64,000 nt of DNA from Polyangiales bacterium (lineage in GTDB: Bacteria; Myxococcota_A; Polyangia; Polyangiales; Polyangiaceae), in contig JBBRLQ010000015.1 of NCBI GenBank assembly GCA_038231275.1, positions 149,207 through 213,206 on the forward strand. Direction: 5' to 3'. Shown here piece by piece: positions 19,812 to 29,048 of the stretch. How positions within the stretch are numbered: position 1 is the stretch's first letter; each line of letters opens with the position of its first letter. A program made the translations under genes and the position numbers. The notes under the pieces were generated by a model, which made no database searches, was not told the DNA's origin, and saw only the letters and a program-made list of their open reading frames with translations.

Positions 19812-21725
19812 TCAGGGCTTCTTGTTTTCCGGCGTCGGCGCCGCACCCTTGGGCACCGGAGCGGTCGCAGGCGGCGCGGTGACGGTGTCGCCGGCCTTGG
19901 TCTTCACGACCTCTTTCACGGTCGTCTCCTGCGTCTCGATGTGGAACTCGACGCGGCGGTTCGCGGCGCGACCCACGTCCGTGTCGTTCGGAACGAGCGG
20001 ACGCTCCTTCCCCATGCCGAGCGACTTGAGGCGCTCTTTGGCGACGCCGTGCCCCGTCAGCCAGGTGACGACGGCCTGAGCGCGCTGCTGCGACAGCTTC
20101 TTGTTGTACGCGGAGTCGCCGACGTTGTCGGTGTGCCCCTCGACGCGAACCAGCTGAATCTCCGAGTGATCCGTCATCACCTTCGCGACCTCGGTCAGGA
20201 GAGAGTCGCTCTCGGGCTTGATGACGGACTTGTTGAAGTCGAACTTCGGCTGCTCGAGGATCTGGATGCGCGCGTTCTTGATGAAGACGCGCGGGCAGCC
20301 CGTCGTCTTGGGATCGTCGCTCTTGGGGCCCGGCTGATCGGGGCACGCGTCGACGTCGTTGAGGATCCCGTCCTTGTCGCGGTCCGTGTCAGGGCAGCCG
20401 TTGGTCTTGGGGTCGTCCGTGCGGATGCCGGGCACGTCGGGGCACGCGTCCTCCGAATCGATGATTCCATCCTTGTCGCGGTCGGGGGGACAACCGTTCG
20501 TCTTCGGATCGTCGGTGCGAACACCTTTCACGTCCGGGCACGCGTCCTCGCTGTCGGGAATGCCGTCGCCGTCGCGATCGGGCGGCGGGGGAGGACAGCC
20601 GTTGGTCTTCGGATCGTCGGTGCGAACGCCGGGGACGTCCGGGCACGCGTCGACATCGTCGGGGACGCCGTCATGATCGCGATCGGGCGGCGGCGGGGGG
20701 CAGCCGTTGGTCTTCGGATCGTTCGTGTGCTCGCCGGGCACGTCGGGGCACGCGTCCTCGTCGTCGGGCACGCCGTCCTTGTCGCGATCGGACTTCTCGG
20801 CGCCGGGCGCCCACTCGACGCCGGCGAGCGTCCGGAACACTGGCGCTCCGTACCCCTTGGTGATGAACGTGCCCGCGCCGGCGTTCAGGCGAACGGTGTC
20901 GGCGACGTTGACGTGTGCGCCCAGCAGGATCTCGATCGGCGTGGCGCGCTCTTCGAACGCGTGCTCGTTCGAGATGACGGTTTGCCCGAAGACCTCCGGT
21001 CCGAGCAAGAACTTCTTGTCGAACATGCGGAAGCCGGCCGAGCCGCCGAACGTGACCGTGCTGCCGAGGCGCGTATCGAGGTAGTTCTCGTTGAGGTTGC
21101 GGTACTCGTAGCCGACGCGCGCGGCATACGCGAAGGCGCCGATGTCGCCGGCCGCGAGGAGGTGAGGCGCGAGCCTCCAGACTTCGTCGCCCGTGTACGA
21201 GTTGCGTTGACCGATCGGGGCGAACACCGAGGCGCCGGCCGCCATCGTGAAGGGGTCGCCGTATGTCCCGACGAGGCGCAGGTCCGCGCTCACGCGAAGA
21301 TCCCCGACGCTCTGCTCGTTGGCCGGGGGCGGGTACGCCACTCCGCCCGCGAACGCCGTGTGCCCGTGCGCGAACATCTGAATCGGGAGCGACAGGCCAA
21401 GGCGAAGTCGGTCCGCAAAGACCATGCTGCCGCCGAGGTGCAGAATCGCTTGGTCGCGCACCACCGAGGACGTCACGACCCCTTCGCTATTGTACGTTCC
21501 GATCACGGGACGGTACGCGTAGTCGGCGATGATGCCGATCGCCGGCCTCGCTTTTCCGCGGAGGTCCAGCGACTCGTTCGAGAACCAGTCGCTCCCGGTC
21601 TCGGACGGCTCGAACGAGCTCGCCTTGTAGCCCGTTTGCGTTTGCGCATGTGCGGAAGAAGCGGAAGAAGAAGCGGCGCAGAGAGCGGCGCAACCGGTCA
21701 GACTCGCGATCCATCGATTCTTCAT
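19812..21725 (-). CDS. OmpA-family outer-membrane protein with TSP3 repeats (TraB-like architecture)
   Basis: Signal peptide; beta-barrel-like N-terminal half; five DRDxDG..D..DACPD repeats; OmpA C-terminus VEGHTD..YNKKLSQQRA..NRRVEF. Confidence 0.88.
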   Translation of the reverse strand: MKNRWIASLTGCAALCAASSSASSAHAQTQTGYKASSFEPSETGSDWFSNESLDLRGKARPAIGIIADYAYRPVIGTYNSEGVVTSSVVRDQAILHLGGSMVFADRLRLGLSLPIQMFAHGHTAFAGGVAYPPPANEQSVGDLRVSADLRLVGTYGDPFTMAAGASVFAPIGQRNSYTGDEVWRLAPHLLAAGDIGAFAYAARVGYEYRNLNENYLDTRLGSTVTFGGSAGFRMFDKKFLLGPEVFGQTVISNEHAFEERATPIEILLGAHVNVADTVRLNAGAGTFITKGYGAPVFRTLAGVEWAPGAEKSDRDKDGVPDDEDACPDVPGEHTNDPKTNGCPPPPPDRDHDGVPDDVDACPDVPGVRTDDPKTNGCPPPPPDRDGDGIPDSEDACPDVKGVRTDDPKTNGCPPDRDKDGIIDSEDACPDVPGIRTDDPKTNGCPDTDRDKDGILNDVDACPDQPGPKSDDPKTTGCPRVFIKNARIQILEQPKFDFNKSVIKPESDSLLTEVAKVMTDHSEIQLVRVEGHTDNVGDSAYNKKLSQQRAQAVVTWLTGHGVAKERLKSLGMGKERPLVPNDTDVGRAANRRVEFHIETQETTVKEVVKTKAGDTVTAPPATAPVPKGAAPTPENKKP

Positions 21726-21788
21726 TTTTAAGTCCTGGCAAGAGGTGGGTCAGCGTGGAGAGCGCGCGGGGAGCTAGCGTTTTGGGTC

Positions 21789-21804
21789 AGCACAAGTCGC
21801 GCCA
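21789..21804 (-). promoter_or_regulatory. Putative sigma-54 promoter of the OmpA/TSP3 gene
   Basis: Minus strand TGGCGCGACTTGTGCT, GG-N10-GC, about 65 nt upstream of the ATG. Confidence 0.5.
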
Positions 21805-22054
21805 TCACGATCCGGCTGTTTTTCCGAGGATTCCTTCAAGCGCGTGGCAGCAGAAACGACACACTGACGCGGAGCACCACAGCGAACGGCCCGACGCGCG
21901 TAGGCCTCGTCGCGCCATGGGGCCTCCGTCGGCGAGGGAGGCGTCGATGCGCGGAGGCGTTCGTTGCGGGGAGGCCTGGCGGAGGCTATGCCAGGGTGGC
22001 TGAAGCGGAGAACCGTCCGCTGGACCAGCCAGACAAGCTAGAGCCGCCGCCGAG

Positions 22055-23329
22055 ATGACCACGAGCATGGATGAACAAGGCCCGCCGTCGGGGACCGTCA
22101 TCGACGGCATCTACCGGGTAAAGCACCGCCTCGGCCACGGCGGCATGGGCGTCGTCGTGCTCGCCCACGACGAGGTTCTCGATCGGGACGTGGCCATCAA
22201 GCTCATTCGTCGCGAGTTGCTCGGCGAGCGCGGCCTGCGTGAGCGATTCCTGACCGAGGCGCGCGCGATGGCGCGTGTGCAGCACCCGAACGTGGTCCAG
22301 ATCTACGCGTTCGGCGAATACGAGGACTCGCCGTACTTCGTGCTCCAGCTGGTTCGCGGCACGACAGTGGAGGGCTGGCTTTCTTCGCGAGCCGCAGGCA
22401 CGTTGCCGGATCTCGACGCGGCCCTCGCGATCCTCGATCAGACGTGCTTGGGCGTCGAAGCGCTCCACGCCGCCGACACCGTTCACCGGGACCTGAAGCC
22501 GAGCAACCTTCTGCTTGGCGAACACCTCACCGTCCACGTCGCCGACATGGGCGTCGCCGACATCCTCCGCCGCACCGCCGGCGAGGGGAGTCAGGACATC
22601 GTCGGGACGCCGGAGTACATGGCGCCGGAGACGGTCCTGCAGTCGGAGGTCGCCCCCGAGCTGGCACACCGCGCCGACGTCTACTCGCTTGGATGCCTGA
22701 CCTTCGAGCTTCTCACGGGGCGCGGACCGTTCCAGGCGAACGGACACCTCGGGCGCATGATGGCGCACGTCACGCAGTCGCCGCCGCGCATCGGCGAGCT
22801 TCGCCCGGAGCTCGGTGACTTTTTCAACGAGGCCGTGAGTCAGGCGCTCGAGAAGGACCCCGCGAACCGCACGCCGAGCGCGGAAGCCTTCCGCCGCGCC
22901 ATCGCCGCCGCGAGGGGCGGGACGCGCGAGCCGGTCTCCATTCTGATCGCCGACGACGACGAGGACTTCCGCTCGCTTCTTTCCCTCACGCTGTCCCGCG
23001 AGTTTCCGGGCGCGCGCATCGAGTGTGTCGGCGATGGCGGCGCGGCGCTCGCGGCGTTCGACATGCGCCGACCGTCCCTCGTGATCATCGATCTCCAAAT
23101 GCCGAGCCTCGACGGCATCGAGCTCACGGGCCTCGTGCGCGCGCGATCGGGCGCCGACGGCGTACCCATCGTCGTCATCAGCGGCTCGGGCGGACCGGCG
23201 GAGTGGAAGCGCCTGTCCGCGATGGGTGCGGACGGGTTCCTCTTGAAGCCTGTGAACGTTAAAGACGTCGTGACGCTGGCGCGGCGTGCGCTCGCCGAAC
23301 GAACGAGCTCGCCGCCGCGCGCGCGTTGA
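22055..23329 (+). CDS. Hanks-type Ser/Thr kinase with C-terminal receiver domain
   Basis: GHGGMG, VAIK, HRDLKPSN, DMG, GTPEYMAPE; REC motifs IADDD, IIDLQMP..DG and FLLKP. Confidence 0.92.
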   Translation: MTTSMDEQGPPSGTVIDGIYRVKHRLGHGGMGVVVLAHDEVLDRDVAIKLIRRELLGERGLRERFLTEARAMARVQHPNVVQIYAFGEYEDSPYFVLQLVRGTTVEGWLSSRAAGTLPDLDAALAILDQTCLGVEALHAADTVHRDLKPSNLLLGEHLTVHVADMGVADILRRTAGEGSQDIVGTPEYMAPETVLQSEVAPELAHRADVYSLGCLTFELLTGRGPFQANGHLGRMMAHVTQSPPRIGELRPELGDFFNEAVSQALEKDPANRTPSAEAFRRAIAAARGGTREPVSILIADDDEDFRSLLSLTLSREFPGARIECVGDGGAALAAFDMRRPSLVIIDLQMPSLDGIELTGLVRARSGADGVPIVVISGSGGPAEWKRLSAMGADGFLLKPVNVKDVVTLARRALAERTSSPPRAR

Positions 23330-23378
23330 CGTCGCCGCGTTCGGGAAGCACCCCAACTAGGGTGCCCGCCGCAGAAGA

Positions 23379-23918
23379 TCAGCCGCGCGCGCGCCCCTCC
23401 CTGAGCCAGTAGGTCACCGCCGCGACCGCGCCGCCGCCCGCCGCGAGCCACAGGAGCGCGTCGTACGTCGGCGCGCGGAACAGCACCGCAGTGACGGCGA
23501 CGAACTGGAGCAGCGTGGCAAGCTTGCCCGGCACGTTCGCCTTCCGGTCGGTGCTCGCGCTCCGCGCCGCGTGGCTGAGCGCGAGGCGCACGACCAGCGG
23601 AAATTCCCCCATTTCGCGCGTCCCGAGGAGGAGCGACTCGAGCACCGTCATGTGGTGCGTGACGACGAGCGTGACGACGACGGCGAGCACGAAGACCTTG
23701 TCGGTGATCGCGTCGACGACCGCGCCGGTGGCCGTGGTCTGACCGCGGGTGCGCGCGTACCAGCCGTCGAGCACGTCGGTGATCCCCGCGAGCGCGAGCA
23801 CACCGAACGCGACAATCGGCCGACCAAGGACGAGTGGAAAGATCGCGGCGAGCGGGACGCGCGCGAGGCTCAAGAGCCCAGGGACGAGGAAGAGATCCCT
23901 TGCCCGATACTCCCCCAT
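23379..23918 (-). CDS. CDP-alcohol phosphatidyltransferase (PgsA-like)
   Basis: TDVLDGWYAR..QTTATGAVVDAITDK signature; GKLATLLQ. Confidence 0.9.
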   Translation of the reverse strand: MGEYRARDLFLVPGLLSLARVPLAAIFPLVLGRPIVAFGVLALAGITDVLDGWYARTRGQTTATGAVVDAITDKVFVLAVVVTLVVTHHMTVLESLLLGTREMGEFPLVVRLALSHAARSASTDRKANVPGKLATLLQFVAVTAVLFRAPTYDALLWLAAGGGAVAAVTYWLREGRARG

Positions 23919-23933
23919 CGCGGCCGGATGTCG

Positions 23934-24317
23934 CTACGGCGCAGCGACGGTGCAGTACGCGGTGAGCGGCGGGTCTTCCTTCGGCTTCAGGAGGAGCCCG
24001 TATTTCTCGAAGTAGAGCGCGATCGGCGTCGAGGTGTCGTCGACGAGGATGCACGCGTGCTCGGGGACCGAGTACCACCCGGTGTCGGCCGGCTCCTTCG
24101 ACTTCTTCACGCACTTGGCGGTCGGCGGAACGGTCGCCAGCATGCCCGGCTCGAAGAAATTCTTCGGGGACGGCCCGATCTGGTGGAACGCCGCGGTGGA
24201 ACCGCCGAACTTCTTCGCGGCCCACTCGCTGTGCTTCAGCGCCTCCGCCTGGGTGTAGCAAATGCTCCGGTAGACGACCCCGAGCGGGGTCATGATCGGT
24301 CGGGAGAGTTCGCCCAT
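23934..24317 (-). CDS. Hypothetical protein
   Basis: 127-aa ORF with strong GC3 bias; ATG 6 nt after TGG-TACCCT. Confidence 0.65.
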   Translation of the reverse strand: MGELSRPIMTPLGVVYRSICYTQAEALKHSEWAAKKFGGSTAAFHQIGPSPKNFFEPGMLATVPPTAKCVKKSKEPADTGWYSVPEHACILVDDTSTPIALYFEKYGLLLKPKEDPPLTAYCTVAAP

Positions 24318-24501
24318 GCCGCGAGGGTACCACGGGCCAAGCGCACGGGAAAAACCCGCGATTGGGGGCCCGCAAACTTTCGCGGCACGGTCGAGATCTT
24401 TTCCCCGACAGGCGCGTCTAGAAGGGCACGGTTCGCGAGAGCGCGCGGCGCTTGGCGCCCCTCTCGAGACCGCCACCGCCCCCAAAGCCTGGAGAATCCC
24501 G

Positions 24502-26175
24502 ATGCGTACGAGGACCCGTCTCGCGCTTTCCGCCTCCCCTTGCCTCTCTGCGAGCCTCCTCGCCTGCGTGCTCGCCGTGACGGGCTGCAGAACGGCGTCG
24601 ACGTCCGTGTCGAACACCGAGGCGAAGCCGACAGCCGCCGTGGGCACGCCGACGACGAGCCCCGCGACGGTCGACGTCCCTGCGCAAGGCGCGAAGGCTG
24701 GAGGTCCGAAGGCCGACGACGTGGCGCGCGATCCGGCGCCGATCGCTGCCGCGACCACGACCGCTGCGGCGTCCGCCGTCGCCGCGGTCCCGGCCGTCCC
24801 GCCGCCCCCGCCTGCCGTGATGACGCCGCCGAGCAAGCCCGCGAGCGCGCCCGAGCCACTCGCCGACGGTCGACGCCGTCCGCCCGGCGGCACCGCGGGC
24901 GATGGCCTCGCGCACGCGGGCGCCATGCCGGCGCCGACGACCGCTCCCCCGGCGCGCGCACGCGGTGACATGGACAAGGCCGACCCGTGGGCGGGTGCCG
25001 ATCACGAGAAGGAAGCCTCCCTTGGAATGGCGACTCCGCCCGCGCCGAGCCTCGCGAACTTCTCCGGCGTGAAGGCCGGCGAGTGGGATGACAACGCGAA
25101 CTACCGCGATTTCCAAAAATTTCTCGGCTCGCAGCAGGTCACCTTCCACCCCGTCGATCTGCGCTTCCGCCGCTTCCTCGTCGTGCGCGACGCGCAGGGC
25201 AAGCCGGTCCCGCGCTGCCGCGTCCGCGTGAACGACGATTCGCAGCACGAGGCGAGCTTCCTCACGACCGCGGGCGGCCACGCGGTCCTCTTCCCGAAGG
25301 GTGAGGGCCTGACCGGCGCGAAGTTCGTCGCCACGGCGGCGTGCGCCGACGGCACCGCGACCAGCCAGTTCGCCCTCACCGACGACACCGACGGCCTCGT
25401 CGATCTGCACCTCACGAAGGAGCGCCTGCCGATCCAGACGCGCACCGTCGACCTCGCGTTCATCCTCGACACGACGGGCTCCATGAGCGAGGAGATCGCC
25501 GCCGTCACGCAGACGATCCAAAAGGTCGCCCAGCAGCTCCAGACGAGCGAGACGCGCGTGCGCATCGGCCTCGTCGAATACAAGGACCGCACCGATCCGT
25601 TCGTCACCAAGGTCTACCCCTTCTCGACCGATCTCCAGGGCTTCGCCGCGAAGGTCTCGAAGATCCAGGCGAGCGGCGGCGGCGACACGCCGGAGGACAT
25701 GAACGCCGGCGTCCACACCGCGGTCACGCAGCTCCAGTGGAGCGACGAGTCGGTCGCGCGGATGGCCTTCGTCATCGCCGACGCGCCGCCGCACCTCGAC
25801 TACCAGGACGGCCCCGACTACGCGAAGGACATGAAGACCGCGTCGCACCGCGGCATCCAGCTCTTCACCGTGTCGGCGAGCGGCATGGACCAGCAGGGCC
25901 AGATCGTCATGCGCCAGATGGCGCAGTACACCGGCGCGACGAACATGTTCGTCCTCCGCGGCGGCGCGGGCCCGCAGTCGACGGGCGGCGGCGACCCCGG
26001 CTCCAGTTGCGGCGGCACGCACCAGAACTACGCGAGCGGCAACCTCCACGAGCTCATCACGTCGAAGATCAAGCACGAGCTCAAGTCGGTCGACGGCGAC
26101 CCGATGCGCATCGCGGGTCTCCACACCGACGAGAACGCGAAGCCCTGCGAGCAGCGCATCGTCTGGCTCGATTAG
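24502..26175 (+). CDS. von Willebrand factor A domain lipoprotein
   Basis: Lipobox VTGC; Pro/Ala linker; MIDAS DTTGSM; GGGDTPED and IADAPPH motifs. Confidence 0.88.
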   Translation: MRTRTRLALSASPCLSASLLACVLAVTGCRTASTSVSNTEAKPTAAVGTPTTSPATVDVPAQGAKAGGPKADDVARDPAPIAAATTTAAASAVAAVPAVPPPPPAVMTPPSKPASAPEPLADGRRRPPGGTAGDGLAHAGAMPAPTTAPPARARGDMDKADPWAGADHEKEASLGMATPPAPSLANFSGVKAGEWDDNANYRDFQKFLGSQQVTFHPVDLRFRRFLVVRDAQGKPVPRCRVRVNDDSQHEASFLTTAGGHAVLFPKGEGLTGAKFVATAACADGTATSQFALTDDTDGLVDLHLTKERLPIQTRTVDLAFILDTTGSMSEEIAAVTQTIQKVAQQLQTSETRVRIGLVEYKDRTDPFVTKVYPFSTDLQGFAAKVSKIQASGGGDTPEDMNAGVHTAVTQLQWSDESVARMAFVIADAPPHLDYQDGPDYAKDMKTASHRGIQLFTVSASGMDQQGQIVMRQMAQYTGATNMFVLRGGAGPQSTGGGDPGSSCGGTHQNYASGNLHELITSKIKHELKSVDGDPMRIAGLHTDENAKPCEQRIVWLD

Positions 26176-26188
26176 GTTTGCCTCTGCT

Positions 26189-26818
26189 CTAAAGGCGGTA
26201 CCCCAGCCCCAGCGTGACGCGCAGGAGTTGCTGAGGGCGGACCCAGTCCGCCTCCGGGCGCAGCGCGATGAAGAGGGCCTGGCGCGGCGTCGGTCGCACG
26301 AGATCGACGCTAGCCCACCCGTGGATGCCGACGCCGCCCCGCGTGATCGACGAGTCCTCCGAGATGCGTGGAATTTGCATATAAACGAAGCCGCCGCCGA
26401 GGCCGAGGTGAACGGGGCGGAGGGCGGCGGTGATGGTGACGTCGAGCGTGGACTCGTAGAGGCCGAGGCCGTTGGACGTCCGCGCTTGACCGTACGAGAG
26501 GCCGACGTAGACCTCGACGCCGCGACGGGCCTCGCCGCCGACCGCGACGGCCCCGCTCCAGCCGGTGAACGAGAGGTTCAGGAGACGCGACGCGCCCGCC
26601 GACCCGACCGCGCGGACACCGATGCCGTCCTCACCACGCGTCGCCGTCGTGGGAGCGGGCGGAGGAGGAGGCGGCTCGACGGGTCGGGCGGACGCCGTCG
26701 GAGGCGTGGGCTCGGGCTCGGGCTCGGCGAACCCGGGGCCGATACCGCCGGCCTCTTGCGCTTCGGCGACGCGCGAGGTGAGGACGACCGCTGCGACGAG
26801 GCTCGCGACGAGACCCAT
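26189..26818 (-). CDS. Secreted, probable small outer-membrane beta-barrel protein
   Basis: Signal peptide ending AEA; Pro-rich linker; amphipathic strands; C-terminus LGLGYRL. Confidence 0.55.
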   Translation of the reverse strand: MGLVASLVAAVVLTSRVAEAQEAGGIGPGFAEPEPEPTPPTASARPVEPPPPPPAPTTATRGEDGIGVRAVGSAGASRLLNLSFTGWSGAVAVGGEARRGVEVYVGLSYGQARTSNGLGLYESTLDVTITAALRPVHLGLGGGFVYMQIPRISEDSSITRGGVGIHGWASVDLVRPTPRQALFIALRPEADWVRPQQLLRVTLGLGYRL

Positions 26819-26835
26819 GACGAAGGCCGCGGGCC

Positions 26836-27273
26836 TCACGGGCACACCGGCGCGTGCGAGCTGCCCGTCCCGGTCGTCGTCGTGTCCCCCGACCCGGAGC
26901 TCTGCGACTTCTCCCAGTACGCCGTGGCCGCTTGCGCGCGGTCGCAGACGCCGCTCGCGACGAGCGTGTCGCACGACTGATTGCGGATGCAGAGGCTCTC
27001 GGACATCGAGAGCGCCGGCGTCTCCCTGTCGATGGTGCTCGGTCCGCCGCACCCGCCGCTCGTCCGGTCGTCATGGTAGTGGCACCGAACGGCGCGCGCG
27101 TCGAAGCCGCCGCAGCACCGCCCGAGATGCCCGAGGGCGTCCTCGCAGGCGAGAACGTCCTCGAGCAGCTCGTCGTCGTCGTTGTTCGAATCGGCGCGCG
27201 CAGGCACGCTCAGACAGACTGCGATCGCAGCCGCTGTGAGCGCGAGACGCGCAGTTCCTCGCAAGCAAAGCAT
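26836..27273 (-). CDS. Secreted Cys-rich hypothetical protein
   Basis: Signal peptide ending ARA; about 9 Cys in the mature part. Confidence 0.6.
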   Translation of the reverse strand: MLCLRGTARLALTAAAIAVCLSVPARADSNNDDDELLEDVLACEDALGHLGRCCGGFDARAVRCHYHDDRTSGGCGGPSTIDRETPALSMSESLCIRNQSCDTLVASGVCDRAQAATAYWEKSQSSGSGDTTTTGTGSSHAPVCP

Positions 27274-27285
27274 GCCGCGCCCTAG

Positions 27286-27301
27286 AGCAACGCGCGTGCC
27301 G
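27286..27301 (-). promoter_or_regulatory. Putative sigma-54 promoter
   Basis: Minus strand CGGCACGCGCGTTGCT, near-perfect consensus; ATG at about +3. Confidence 0.65.
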
Positions 27302-27500
27302 TAAGAAGCCGGACGATTCAGGCGAAAGGAGGCCACAAGCGCCGCCAAAAGCGACGCAAGGGAGGCACGGTGCGCGATCCGTGCGTCATAGGGGTGCGGT
27401 TTCCTTGCGCATCAAGGATGGAAGGTCCCGCCGCTCCTGGCGTATAACCTGCCGCACGAAATGGCGGCGCGCGGTGCGCACGTTCGCGCGAGGTAAAACG

Positions 27501-29048
27501 ATGAAGACGGCAACTCTCGGTCTTGGGCTCGGTCTCCTGTCGGTGCTTGTCTCGGCGTGTGGTGGCGGCGGCGGCGCGGCCCCCGGTACCGGCACGGCCG
27601 CGTCGGTGCAAAGCTCCGGAATGTCCCAGTCCTTCGCGGGCCAGAACAAGTGCAACCCGAAGAACGCCGAGCGCCCCTTCATCATCGAGTGGGACGCGAC
27701 CGACATGTCGAGCTTCGAGTCGAAGGCGGCGAACGACGTCATCTTCGTCAAGTACGAAGGCTGCGATCTCAAGGTCCTCGACGCCTGCGCGGACGACTCC
27801 GTGAAGGGCGCGTTCGGCTCGTACAAGGCGGTGGACTGGACGAGCGGATCGCTCGAGTCGCTCGAGATCAACAACTCGGGCGAGCTCTACGCCAAGCTCC
27901 CGCTCGGTGCGGCGACCCTCGGAGGTCGCGTCGAGGGCGGCGAGAAATTCCGCATGGAATACTTCGTCAGCGGCACGCGCACGGCCACGCGCCCCTCCAT
28001 CTTCCGTGGTGACCTGAAGAAGGTCCCGCAGTGCAAGGGCGCGACGCACTTCGTGTACGCGTACAACCTCGGCGCCTTCGCGCTCGGCGCGCAGTCCAAC
28101 TTGAAGGGCACCGTTGGCGGCAGCGCGTTCGGCTTTGGCGCCGGTGGCAGCCGCTCGAGCTCGTCGAAGGCCGACAAGCAGGGCGGCGTCCTCGGCAGCT
28201 GCCGCGCCGAGTCGGCGAAGGACGTGCAGACCTGCACCGTCCCCATTCGCCTCACCCTCCGCGAGCTCACGGACGGCGAGAGCGCCGACACCAAGGACTC
28301 CCAGGCGCCCGAGACCCCCGAAGCCGCGAACCTGGCCGGTCGCCTCAAGGCGTCGAATGATCGCGAGCGCAAGGCCGGCGATCACGGCGACTCCGCGCGC
28401 ACCAAGATGGCCTCGCGCGACGGCAAAGGCTGCCTCGCCGAGCTCGACGCGCACGACAAGCTCGACCCGCGCCCCGCCGGCCTCTCGACCAACGTGGCGT
28501 CGTACTACTCGATGCTCCGCAGCCAGTGCCTGATGCTCTCCGGCTCGTGCCCGGCCGGGAAAGAGCTGATGCGCAAGGCCATGGAGAAGACCTCGGCGGC
28601 GAACTTCGGCCCCGAGCAGATCGACAGGGGCGTCGACGCGCAGGCCGGGATGTACTGCCAAGGCAACCTCGGCGGCCGCGACGCCATCACCCGCGCGACG
28701 CAGAACCTGACGCAAGGCGCGTACATGTCCAAGAAGGAAGCCTCGTTCTGTCAGGAGAACATCAAGACCCTCCGTACGATGATCCCGACCACTCCGCCCA
28801 AGGACGAGGACGACAGCAACATCATCAACGCGCCGGACGCGCTGAGGAACAGCGGCACCGCCTGTCTCGTCAAGGCCGGCGACTGTGCGGCGGCGTGGGC
28901 GCTCTACCAGGATCTCAACCAGCACCCGGAGATCTACAAATTCGCGAAGCCCGAGCGGCAGGAGCTGATCAAGAAGGGCGCGAATATGCCGGTGACGACG
29001 CTGCGCCTGTCGTTCGACGCGATGAACTCGAAGTGCAAAGGGCAGTGA
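27501..29048 (+). CDS. Two-domain lipoprotein: MACPF-like motif-bearing N-terminal domain plus Cys-containing helical C-terminal domain
   Basis: GAGG SD; lipobox VSAC; GATHFVYAYNLGA at 28038-28076; C-terminal domain paralogous to the next gene. The CDS itself is secure; the MACPF call is tentative. Confidence 0.75.
   Translation: MKTATLGLGLGLLSVLVSACGGGGGAAPGTGTAASVQSSGMSQSFAGQNKCNPKNAERPFIIEWDATDMSSFESKAANDVIFVKYEGCDLKVLDACADDSVKGAFGSYKAVDWTSGSLESLEINNSGELYAKLPLGAATLGGRVEGGEKFRMEYFVSGTRTATRPSIFRGDLKKVPQCKGATHFVYAYNLGAFALGAQSNLKGTVGGSAFGFGAGGSRSSSSKADKQGGVLGSCRAESAKDVQTCTVPIRLTLRELTDGESADTKDSQAPETPEAANLAGRLKASNDRERKAGDHGDSARTKMASRDGKGCLAELDAHDKLDPRPAGLSTNVASYYSMLRSQCLMLSGSCPAGKELMRKAMEKTSAANFGPEQIDRGVDAQAGMYCQGNLGGRDAITRATQNLTQGAYMSKKEASFCQENIKTLRTMIPTTPPKDEDDSNIINAPDALRNSGTACLVKAGDCAAAWALYQDLNQHPEIYKFAKPERQELIKKGANMPVTTLRLSFDAMNSKCKGQ

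Noticed and set aside
27466..27480. Sigma-54 promoter for the MACPF-like gene
   Set aside because: GG-N10-GC spacing is present but the sequence is nearly all G/C and lacks the TTGC context; likely chance
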